Shown here: in pieces, positions 1 through 8,559 of the stretch | Layout of the letters: every line of letters starts with the position of its first letter | Position numbering within the stretch: the stretch's first letter is position 1 | Origin: Candidatus Scalinduaceae bacterium | GTDB lineage: Bacteria; Planctomycetota; Brocadiia; Brocadiales; Scalinduaceae | NCBI GenBank assembly: GCA_046759445.1 | Contig: JBHICG010000023.1 | Location: 1 to 46,951, forward strand | DNA: 46,951 nucleotides | Reading direction: 5' to 3' | The notes under the pieces: generated by a model | Told to the model about the DNA's origin: nothing | Database searches by the model: none | Seen by the model: the letters and a program-made list of their open reading frames with translations, nothing else | Program-made: the position numbers and the translations under genes

Positions 1-19
1 AGAGAAGTTCTCGGTGTCA

Positions 20-282
20 ATGGTGAATCGAAAGAAAACAATGTACTATTTGAAAGAAATTTGGCTAAAAGCGCGTTACAGTTCCATTTATTAACTTGAT
101 TTCGATTGACTGGCCAAAGTAGGGATCAAAATCCATCTGTACTATATAGTCTTAGAAGGCTTATTCAGCGGAAGATTTCCGCATTTAGAAACAGGATTTG
201 ATGAATATGAGATTGGTTTTTAGGGCCGCAAGATATGAAGGAAATATCTACCATTCCCGGCTGCAATATATATGGGGAATAA
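20..282 (+). pseudogene. Decayed N-terminal copy of the downstream GNAT gene
   Basis: Translates as MVNRKKTMYYLKEIWLKARYSSIY*LDFD*LAKVGIKIHLYYIVLEGLFSGRFPHLETGFDEYEIGF/frameshift/GPQDMKEISTIPG. This is colinear with KWIKLRYSS...LARIGIRIQPYYIYLEGLFNGNLSHFESGFDEYDVGFLGPQDMEKVSSLPG in the next gene. Confidence 0.85.
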
Positions 283-284
283 AA

Positions 285-998
285 ATGCGTTATATTTTTT
301 TTTTTAATACACCGAATTCGATAAATTGGCTAAGTCCCAAATGGATTAAATTACGTTATAGTTCTTTTATTCGATTTATAATATGTAGACTGGCAAGGAT
401 AGGCATAAGGATTCAACCATATTATATTTATTTAGAGGGGCTATTTAATGGTAATCTGTCTCATTTTGAATCAGGATTTGATGAATATGATGTCGGCTTT
501 TTAGGACCGCAGGATATGGAAAAAGTCTCTTCCCTTCCTGGCCTAAATTGGTCCAAAGAACAACTTATGCTGTGGTTAAAAAAAGGAAATAAGTGTTTTG
601 GTGTTAAATATAGGGGTGATTTAGTTGCTCTTACCTGGTGTCAGTCTGACTTGTTTGACTTTTTCATTTATCAATATCCATTGAAGGAGGATGAGGCAAA
701 CATATGTCATGCTTATACTTTAGAGACTTACCGTGGGAAAGGGTTAGCACCCTATGTGCGTTATCAATGTTATAAGGAACTTGCAAAGTTGGGGAAGATC
801 AAATTATATAGCGCTTCTGACTATTTCAATTTTCCTGCGATTAGATTTAAAAAAAAACTTCACGCAAAGAAACTTGAGTTATGTTTGTTTATCAGCCTCT
901 TTAAAAAGTTCCAATTTAAATTGCCACTTAAAAGGTATTCAGAAGAAACTCTCAAGTATAGTCGAAATATACATACTAAGTTAATACCTGAATCTTGA
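285..998 (+). CDS. GNAT family N-acetyltransferase
   Basis: AYTLETYRGKGLA acetyl-CoA motif and N-x-PA-x-x-F motif. The ORF-track start at 198 lies inside the pseudogene; ATG 285 follows GGGGAA. Confidence 0.75.
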   Translation: MRYIFFFNTPNSINWLSPKWIKLRYSSFIRFIICRLARIGIRIQPYYIYLEGLFNGNLSHFESGFDEYDVGFLGPQDMEKVSSLPGLNWSKEQLMLWLKKGNKCFGVKYRGDLVALTWCQSDLFDFFIYQYPLKEDEANICHAYTLETYRGKGLAPYVRYQCYKELAKLGKIKLYSASDYFNFPAIRFKKKLHAKKLELCLFISLFKKFQFKLPLKRYSEETLKYSRNIHTKLIPES

Positions 999-1026
999 AC
1001 GAAAAGTGACAAATCCCGCCAGCTTG

Positions 1027-1315
1027 CAGACTGTGTCACAATAGAATCTCAAAATGATTTAATGACATAAAAACTGTTTTGTATTTTAATAAATGACCTT
1101 CAGGGCAAATATAACAATCCCTTTGTTGTTCATATCGAAAATTTTCTTTATCAAAAGATGTAAGCTCTTTTTTAAGAGGTCTGTTTCTGCAGAGGTACAA
1201 CTACTTTAATACATTAATCATCAATCTTTTTAAATTCATCTGTATTATCATAACCCGCATCAGCACAGGCAATAGAACATTTCTTTTCTAAGGTATCATT
1301 AGCCTTATTAAAAGG
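1027..1315 (-). mobile_element. IS1182-family transposase fragment with one probable end
   Basis: Minus strand reads CSIACADAGYDNTDEFKKIDD*CIKVVVP...SFDKENFRYEQQRDCYICPEGHLLKY (ADAGY and DCYICPEG motifs) with stops. TTGTGACACAGTCTG at 1041-1027 resembles an IS1182 3' end. Confidence 0.75.
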
Positions 1316-1424
1316 GCTTTTATGAGCAAAACAAAACATTGTGATGTAGTCAAATTGAGTATTATAATTCCCTGCTTTAGTGAAGATAAAACTCTCAAAA
1401 AATGTTTAAAAGGGGTGCGAAAAA

Positions 1425-2576
1425 TTGCAGGAAATTAAAGAGGCGATAATATTAGCTGCCGGTTCAAGCAAAAGGATGGGTGAACTATGTAAATATAAAC
1501 CTAAATGTTTATTACCCTATAAAGATGAAGCTATTCTAGGAAGGATTATTCGTCAATTACAGGAAAATGGCGTAGAGAATGTAATAGTAAGTGTGGGATA
1601 CATGAAAGAAAGGATAAGGGAATATCTTAAAAACATAAAGGGGATTAACATATTAACAGTCGAAAATGACCGATACAAAGAAGATGTTAATATTTATTCC
1701 ATGAAGCTTGCTTTAAAGCAGGTAAAGGGGGCATTTGTAATTTTTGAAGCGGACACAGTCATGGAAGGCGATTTAGTTCAGTATGTAACCGGTTCTGATT
1801 TTGAAGGAAAATCTGTTTGGTTTACGAGGAGTCCATTTACTGAAAGACAATATGGAGGGATACTAAGATCAGATGAAAAGGGCAACATCATTGATATAAA
1901 AATAGTACAAAATTATGAAAAAGAATATAAGGGTTATAGAAAATTAACTGGTTTAATGAGGATAGCACAACATCAGCTTGGTACATTTAAAAGATTAGTA
2001 AACGAGTATGTAAGCAAAACGATTAAACAATATTACCTTATACCGTGGATTGAACACCTTGAAGAGCTGCCTTGTATAGAAGGCAATGTTGTGCATTATA
2101 AATTCAGAACATTTAATAAACAAGAAGAATATATGGAAATTTTAAATATGGAGTTTGATCAAAACACTTCAGCGGAAGAAAAGGTAAAATTGGCTAAAGT
2201 GGATGAACTAAAACATATAGAAGGATTTAATGAAGAAAGAGTAAAGTCATTAATTGAAAAAATTGAAAAAGAAGGTGTTTGGACCAAACCATTATACGTG
2301 GAAAAAAGTCATAATCTGGTTTTAGATGGCCAGCATAGGCTACAGGTAGCATTGAGACTAGGGATAAAATATGTTCCTGTACAATGTTTTAATTACAAAG
2401 ACGTTAAAATTTGGTCCCTTAGAAAAGAGGAAAAGGTAAATATTCCAACTATAATTAAAAAGGCAAATGAAGGGAAACCCTATCCATATAAGACGGTAAA
2501 ACACAAATTCCCAAATGTAATAAGTAAATGCGATATACCTCTTAATAGTTTAAAAAAAATAAGGAGGATACGTTAA
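1425..2576 (+). CDS. LicC-like nucleotidyl(cytidylyl)transferase fused to C-terminal ParB/Srx (SerK/SbnI-like) domain
   Basis: N-terminal IILAAGSSKRMG...PKCLL. C-terminal LKHIE...WTKPLYV...VLDGQHRLQVALRLG...YPYKTVKH. TTG start after AGGGG. Confidence 0.85.
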   Translation: MQEIKEAIILAAGSSKRMGELCKYKPKCLLPYKDEAILGRIIRQLQENGVENVIVSVGYMKERIREYLKNIKGINILTVENDRYKEDVNIYSMKLALKQVKGAFVIFEADTVMEGDLVQYVTGSDFEGKSVWFTRSPFTERQYGGILRSDEKGNIIDIKIVQNYEKEYKGYRKLTGLMRIAQHQLGTFKRLVNEYVSKTIKQYYLIPWIEHLEELPCIEGNVVHYKFRTFNKQEEYMEILNMEFDQNTSAEEKVKLAKVDELKHIEGFNEERVKSLIEKIEKEGVWTKPLYVEKSHNLVLDGQHRLQVALRLGIKYVPVQCFNYKDVKIWSLRKEEKVNIPTIIKKANEGKPYPYKTVKHKFPNVISKCDIPLNSLKKIRRIR

Positions 2577-2577
2577 T

Positions 2578-3234
2578 ATGAAATTAATCGTTTTAGCTGC
2601 CGGGCAAGGATTTAAATTGGATGGTTTCAATAAGTTACTAATAAAAGATCCTCGTACTGGGGAAAGGATATTGGATAGATATTTAAGACTCTTTGCAGAT
2701 TATGAAGTAATTGTTGTCGTTGGATTTAGGGCTATTGAAATTATGAGCGAATATCCCAATCTAAACTATATTTACAATGATCAATGGAGAATAACCGGTA
2801 ATAGCTATAGCCTTAGCTTAGCTTTGGATGAAACCCCCTGTGTGGTAATATCTGCAGACCTTTTGTTTGATGAGGACACGGTAAAGTTGATAGATGAATC
2901 CCCTGAAAATTCAGTTTTTGTTCTTCATTCTGAAAACAAAGGGATAAATACCTTAAGATGTAAAGTAAAAAAAAATATTGTAAAATCAATATACATGGGA
3001 GAAGAACCCAATAATGATTATGAAACAACAGGAATATATAAAATTACATATTCTAAAATATTAAGAAAATGGAAGAATGATTGCTCGGTTAATAGAAATG
3101 TTTTTGCTGGTTCAAATATTCCTGTAGATATTGACAAGCTATATGCAGTGGATATAAGTAGCTTTTTCTTCCATGAAATAAATACTCCATTAGACTACCT
3201 AAATCTAAAGGCTAAAATAGAGGAGATTAAATGA
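2578..3234 (+). CDS. LicC-like NTP transferase
   Basis: LIVLAAGQG, NDQWRITGNSYSLSLA, SADLLF and EINTPLDY motifs; RBS AGGAGG. Confidence 0.8.
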   Translation: MKLIVLAAGQGFKLDGFNKLLIKDPRTGERILDRYLRLFADYEVIVVVGFRAIEIMSEYPNLNYIYNDQWRITGNSYSLSLALDETPCVVISADLLFDEDTVKLIDESPENSVFVLHSENKGINTLRCKVKKNIVKSIYMGEEPNNDYETTGIYKITYSKILRKWKNDCSVNRNVFAGSNIPVDIDKLYAVDISSFFFHEINTPLDYLNLKAKIEEIK

Positions 3235-4478
3235 ATATAAGGACAATAACTATTGGATTGCCTGTAAGCAAAATAGTCCAACTAAGTGAGATAAAAACAA
3301 AGATAGAAAAGTTTTTAGATGATATGAGAACAGAGTGCGCAAGAAGAGAAATATTTATAAGAACATGTAGAATAAACTTAAGCTCTATACCTGAAAATCC
3401 GTACAAACACATAAATAAGCACAATATTATTGGAAAGATTGAACATGTCTCTAAACTGTGTGAAGCGTTGGATATAAGATGGTTTAATGTACCTTTTGAT
3501 CTTACAAAAGTGGGCGAAAAAGACTTAGAAACAATCGTCATGCTTGCCCTTGAGATCATAAAAAGATTTCCAAAAACTTTCGTAAATCTAATAGTAGCAT
3601 CTGAAAATAAAATTAAATACAGTGCGATAAATAAAGCAAGCAAGTTTATAAAGGAGATTTCAAAACTCGACAACTCAGGATATAACAATTTTAGAGTAGG
3701 TATTTCATGTAATATAAGGCCTAACACACCTTTCTTTCCATTTAGTTTCAGTTCTGAGAATGTAGGGTTTTCTATAGGTCTAGAACTTCCCCAGGAATTT
3801 GCAAAGATAATTAATGGTGCAAGTACAAATTGTCTCACATTAATAAGAAAAGAAATAATAAACAAGTTATTACCAGAAATAAGGGAGATTGATAATATTT
3901 CAAAGAAAGAAGAGGGGAAAAACTCAATAGTATTTAATGGGATTGACCTGTCATTAGCACCATATCCTGAAAAAGATAGTAGTGTTGCTGGTCTAATTGA
4001 ACAGCTCGGCCTTGAAAAACAAGGAAGCAACGGGACTTTATTCTTAACTTCATATCTGACAAACATACTAAAAACATTAAAGAAAAGAGGGAAAATAAAA
4101 AGTACTGGATTTAATGGAGTGATGTTTTCTCTTCTTGAAGATGATGTCCTGGGAAGAAGAAATAACAACGATGTTTATTCTATTGATTCATTAATTTCTT
4201 ATTCTGCAGTTTGTGGCTGCGGATTGGATATGGTTCCATTACCAGGAGATATCTTTGAGGAAGAACTATCTTCAATAATTCTTGATGTTGCTGCCCTATC
4301 AACAATCTTAAAGAAACCTCTTGGTGTTAGGGTACTTCCCATACCGATGAAACAAGAAAATGAGTTCACAATATTCAATATGGATTTTCTATTTAACACG
4401 AGAATTAAAAAGATTAAGAAAACTTGTTTTCTTAGCAACAATGGCAAAAATGAAGACTTTTCCTTTTTAAATGGCTAA
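3231..4478 (+). CDS. DUF711 (UPF0210, PFL-like fold) protein
   Basis: MNIRTITIG start, PFFP, GIDLSLAP, GFNGVMFSLLED, SAVCGCGLDMVPLPGD and KPLGVRVLPIP motifs. ATGA overlap with the upstream gene. Confidence 0.85.
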   Translation: MNIRTITIGLPVSKIVQLSEIKTKIEKFLDDMRTECARREIFIRTCRINLSSIPENPYKHINKHNIIGKIEHVSKLCEALDIRWFNVPFDLTKVGEKDLETIVMLALEIIKRFPKTFVNLIVASENKIKYSAINKASKFIKEISKLDNSGYNNFRVGISCNIRPNTPFFPFSFSSENVGFSIGLELPQEFAKIINGASTNCLTLIRKEIINKLLPEIREIDNISKKEEGKNSIVFNGIDLSLAPYPEKDSSVAGLIEQLGLEKQGSNGTLFLTSYLTNILKTLKKRGKIKSTGFNGVMFSLLEDDVLGRRNNNDVYSIDSLISYSAVCGCGLDMVPLPGDIFEEELSSIILDVAALSTILKKPLGVRVLPIPMKQENEFTIFNMDFLFNTRIKKIKKTCFLSNNGKNEDFSFLNG

Positions 4479-4513
4479 ATAATCTGCGACGCCTAAGGAA
4501 GGATTATGGAAAA

Positions 4514-6241
4514 ATGATTAATGTAAGAAAAAAATATAATTTTGTGTATATATGTTTAGATGGTGCGAGGAATTATTCTTCTCCCTGGAGTGGAAAAACA
4601 GGGGGAGGTTGTGGGAAACCTGAAATATTCGATGAATTTGCTAAGGAGGCCATTGATTTTAAAACAGCGGTATGTGCTGCTCCTAGTACGCTTATGTCTT
4701 TTAGCTCAACATTTTCAGGTTTTCCATGTGGATATTTGGCAAGAAACTTCATGGATTTCAAATTCGATCATAATGTTTTTGATTCATTAATTAGAGTTTT
4801 GAAAAAGAATAATTATCAAATATATACTCTAGAAGAATATGATTACGCTAGAAAGGTTTTAAAAGAGATGTATTTTCCTATTGATCAAGAATATTGGCCT
4901 AAAGGTTTACGTGAAGATAAAACTTGGAGTAACGAGGAGGTATTGAGTTTATTTGATAATTTAACAAAACAGGTAACCCTGAGAACCCCTTTTTCTTTAT
5001 TAGTACATATTAATGTTAGATTTGATAGGAATATTTCTCGAAAAGTCGCACATATATTAAATTACTTAAAAAAAATAAATGTTTATGATGATTCGATAAT
5101 TATTCTTTGCTCGGATCATGGGTGTCCTGATCCCGAACGAAACATCTCTAACAAGTTGTTAAGAGAAATAGGGCACGATCTAATTCTAACTGATGATAAT
5201 GTTCTTTTTGCTTTTTGTCTGAAGTATCCTGGTTGCTCTCCAAAATCAATTAAAACAGTGGTCAGTAGTTTGGATATAATGCCTACTGTTTTAGATTTAC
5301 TTGGATTTTCCTATGAAAATAAGATCGGTATTCCACTTAAGGGGAAGTCTCTTTTACCATTGATAGAAGGCGAGAACACAAAAGCATTTGATGATAGAAT
5401 TATGTTAACCGAGGCACGCTTTATTTCTCAGCCATTCAGAAGAGTTTCTTTAAGGGGAAATGATTTCAAGTATATTTATTTTTATGACGAGGAAGAAGAA
5501 TGCTTTTATGATTTACGGAATGACCCAAAGGAGGAGAATAATGTTATCGAGTCAACATCGCCAGCCGTTCAAAAAACCATTCAACGTTATCGGGAGGAGT
5601 TTAAAAGATACGAAACGGATATGCTGAGATTTCAGCATAAGTATTTGTTGCACTCTTTTCAAAAGGAATTTGACAGGTTAGTCAATGAAAATACTAGCTT
5701 AAAAAACAGTCACAATATTCTTATATTTGGAAGCTCAGATGTAGAATTTGCCAAAGCTCTGGTGACAGGCATTAATCAAAGATTGCCAAAAGCCAATGTA
5801 TATATGATATCTGTTAAGAATATTAAACGTAGGGATGAAATGAAGTTAGTTAAAAGCGAATTATTTAGTAATGATAATTATGAGAATAATGCTCAGAAGA
5901 TAATTCAATGGAGTCACACTAAAATATCAGATAGGGTTGATACTATTTTCTTACTTATGAATGATAGTTCAAAAACAGACATAATCAAAAAGATGCAAAA
6001 AATTGCAAAGAAGATTTCCCATAATATCGTTTATATAAACTACAATATGGAAATGAATATGCAGTTGAAGCGCAGGAAAATCTCTTTTGGAAGCAATCCT
6101 GACATACCTCTTTTTCTGCGAAGAGTATATAAATGGATTGGTTTCCATTATTACCGTCGCAACTGGTATAAGGATGATATCAAACTTACACTTAATCGAT
6201 GGATACCTCTCTTGCATCTAAAGACTTTTAGGAAAGAATAA
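4514..6241 (+). CDS. Sulfatase/alkaline-phosphatase superfamily hydrolase/transferase with extra C-terminal domain
   Basis: ICLDGAR, APSTLMS, SDHG, GH, LDIMPTVLDLLG, GKSLLPLI and YDLRNDPKE motifs. Confidence 0.8.
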   Translation: MINVRKKYNFVYICLDGARNYSSPWSGKTGGGCGKPEIFDEFAKEAIDFKTAVCAAPSTLMSFSSTFSGFPCGYLARNFMDFKFDHNVFDSLIRVLKKNNYQIYTLEEYDYARKVLKEMYFPIDQEYWPKGLREDKTWSNEEVLSLFDNLTKQVTLRTPFSLLVHINVRFDRNISRKVAHILNYLKKINVYDDSIIILCSDHGCPDPERNISNKLLREIGHDLILTDDNVLFAFCLKYPGCSPKSIKTVVSSLDIMPTVLDLLGFSYENKIGIPLKGKSLLPLIEGENTKAFDDRIMLTEARFISQPFRRVSLRGNDFKYIYFYDEEEECFYDLRNDPKEENNVIESTSPAVQKTIQRYREEFKRYETDMLRFQHKYLLHSFQKEFDRLVNENTSLKNSHNILIFGSSDVEFAKALVTGINQRLPKANVYMISVKNIKRRDEMKLVKSELFSNDNYENNAQKIIQWSHTKISDRVDTIFLLMNDSSKTDIIKKMQKIAKKISHNIVYINYNMEMNMQLKRRKISFGSNPDIPLFLRRVYKWIGFHYYRRNWYKDDIKLTLNRWIPLLHLKTFRKE

Positions 6242-6323
6242 AAAATTACGTATCATGAATTTTGATGGTGCAAAGAATTTTATTCAAAAATAAATATCTA
6301 TATCTCTATGCAACATTAGATTA

Positions 6324-7439
6324 ATGGAGAATTCAAAGTTAGATATTGACAACTCTAGCCGTATAGCTACCTCCTTTATATCTGTTGTGGCTATTATCGG
6401 GGTTGTTTATTATCACTTGGTACATTCACAGTTTTATATTGGGAAATACCCTGGTTGGTTAGACCTACAAAAAGTCATAATATTTTGGAAAGAAAATGGA
6501 TTCTTTTTTACATTAGTGGAAATACACAGTGGCTTTAGTGCGGTAATCGGTTTGTTTTTGATAATATCCGGTTATGGTCTTACAAAAAAGCATCAAGCGA
6601 CACACCCTTATTCATTTTTACTCAATCGTTTTAAGAAGATATATCTTTATTCGCTGCTTATGGCCATGATGTGTACTTTGCTCACATTTATTTTTTATCA
6701 AAAGTGGACTTTTAGTTATTGGTCTGCCTTTACTCTTGTTTATGGGTTCTATGATCAATTATCACGAGGTCCTGGTGTGGGTCAATATTGGTATCTTGCT
6801 ATACAATTCGCATGCTACCTAGTTTTCTTACCGATTAGGAATATGAATTCAATGAGCAATCTTTTGGTTTTGAGCTTGTTGATTGCCTTCGGCTTTGGAG
6901 TTTGTATACGTTTGGGGTTAGTGAATATAGTAAGTTTCTACCATTCCAGCATATGTAGATTTCCGGAGTTTGTGGCAGGCATGTTTTTGGCTAGGAGTAA
7001 AATATGCGAAGTAATAGTTTTTCGTTTTTCGTATCTTCGTTTAGCCTTTTCGATTATCTGGGTTGCGCTTGGTTGTATCTCCTTTTTCAACATTTGGACA
7101 TCTTTATATGCACACTTTGTCTTTTCTACTGGACTGTTCTTTTTTCTTGCTCAGTGCATTAATTTCCTGAGCCGATGGCCTTTGGTAACGATTATTACAA
7201 ACTATCTTTCAGGAGGGACTTTTACATTGTATCTTCTACATCTAGTTACTGTATTTCACATTTTTGGCTTTTTTAACAAACGAGTTTTTTCCCCTGTCAA
7301 AGAAATTTCCCACGTATATGCTGGAGTTGTCCAGTTCTTATCATTAGTTTTTATTGTTATATGTTGTGTAGGAATTCTTGTGATAGGGAGGAGGATAGAA
7401 TCATGGTATCAACTAAAGTTGAACCGACTGTGGCCCTAA
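6324..7439 (+). CDS. Acyltransferase family 3 (OafA-like) membrane protein
   Basis: Multi-TM protein with FLIISGYGL, RFKKIY, WYLAIQFACY, EFVAGM and YLLH motifs. Confidence 0.85.
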   Translation: MENSKLDIDNSSRIATSFISVVAIIGVVYYHLVHSQFYIGKYPGWLDLQKVIIFWKENGFFFTLVEIHSGFSAVIGLFLIISGYGLTKKHQATHPYSFLLNRFKKIYLYSLLMAMMCTLLTFIFYQKWTFSYWSAFTLVYGFYDQLSRGPGVGQYWYLAIQFACYLVFLPIRNMNSMSNLLVLSLLIAFGFGVCIRLGLVNIVSFYHSSICRFPEFVAGMFLARSKICEVIVFRFSYLRLAFSIIWVALGCISFFNIWTSLYAHFVFSTGLFFFLAQCINFLSRWPLVTIITNYLSGGTFTLYLLHLVTVFHIFGFFNKRVFSPVKEISHVYAGVVQFLSLVFIVICCVGILVIGRRIESWYQLKLNRLWP

Positions 7440-7588
7440 ACCTTTTGATTATGCTTACATTCTGTTGATAGTTTTTGGAATGTATTCACAGTTGATTAGT
7501 GTCATTATAGATTATGAAATAACTGTATATTTTTAATATTACATTAATTGTTAATGAGGTATGTAAATTTAAATTTTCGGGAATTAAG

Positions 7589-8512
7589 ATGGTAAATAAC
7601 TATGAACCTAAGGTTTCAATAATCGTTGCCGCATATAACGCCGAGAAGACAATTAAGCGTTGTATTGACGCTTTGCTGGACATGAATTATCCGGACTTTG
7701 ATATCATTGTGGTGGACAATAATTCTAAAGATGGAACTGCGAAAATTGTTAGAGAATACGTTAGAAAATACAGCAGTGTTACTTATCTGTTTGAAGCGAA
7801 AAAAGGATGGCCGGCTGCAAGAAATGCTGCAATTCGGTATGCCGAGACAGACTTTGTTGCAAATATCGATGCTGATTGTTTTGCTACTCAGGAGTGGTTG
7901 AAGAATCTTATAGCCGGTTTTACATCGGATGATATTGGTTGCATTGTGGGAAAGACCATTGTAGAGCCAGGGCAAACATTGGCTCAGCAATACTTTTCAA
8001 GCCCCAAAGCCTTTAATATAGAGCACCATATAGGTGTTAACCCTTATGTTCCTTGGGGTGGTGGGAATAATGTGTTTTTACGAAAAGTTTTTCTCGAGGC
8101 AGGCGGGTACAATGATGAGGAATTTACTTCAGGCGCCGATGCGGAATTTCATGCACGTATGGAAAAAATGACAGGTTATAAAACAGTTTATCAGGAAAGG
8201 GCACTCATTTATCATGTTGCAAGAGGGAGTTTGCGAGAATTTTTTGCTATACAAGTTAAATATGCGCATGATGGGTATAAACGTTCACGCATGCTACCTG
8301 AGATAAGGCCAAGATATAGTTGGTATATTTCTAAAAAAGTTTGGAATGGTTCTGTCAATTTGGCCGCTTTTTTTTATCGTTTAATTAAGTTCGTATATGG
8401 CAATGAAACAAAGTTACGTCTTGTTTCACCTTTGTTTAATATTGTTAGAGCATTTGGCGCAATCTATGGAAATTTGAGAGGAAAATTAAGGATGAAACCA
8501 GATAGGTTTTAA
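7589..8512 (+). CDS. GT2 glycosyltransferase
   Basis: SIIVAAYNAE, VVDNNSKDGT, ARN, IDAD motifs. Confidence 0.92.
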   Translation: MVNNYEPKVSIIVAAYNAEKTIKRCIDALLDMNYPDFDIIVVDNNSKDGTAKIVREYVRKYSSVTYLFEAKKGWPAARNAAIRYAETDFVANIDADCFATQEWLKNLIAGFTSDDIGCIVGKTIVEPGQTLAQQYFSSPKAFNIEHHIGVNPYVPWGGGNNVFLRKVFLEAGGYNDEEFTSGADAEFHARMEKMTGYKTVYQERALIYHVARGSLREFFAIQVKYAHDGYKRSRMLPEIRPRYSWYISKKVWNGSVNLAAFFYRLIKFVYGNETKLRLVSPLFNIVRAFGAIYGNLRGKLRMKPDRF

Positions 8513-8559
8513 GCTAATTACTGGATGAATGTAAAAACGTAATCTGAGGACGAATAATT

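Noticed and set aside
2187..2576. Chromosome partition or ParB-containing defence system
   Set aside because: No HTH, no adjacent ParA and no defence genes; the domain is fused to a nucleotidyltransferase.
3227..4168. 313-aa antisense ORF and other shadow ORFs in the track
   Set aside because: They overlap well-supported genes on the other strand or frame and have no motifs.
1425..6241. Standard phosphonate or lic phosphocholine cluster
   Set aside because: No PEP mutase, decarboxylase, transaminase, LicA, LicB or LicD in the window; they could lie elsewhere in the genome.
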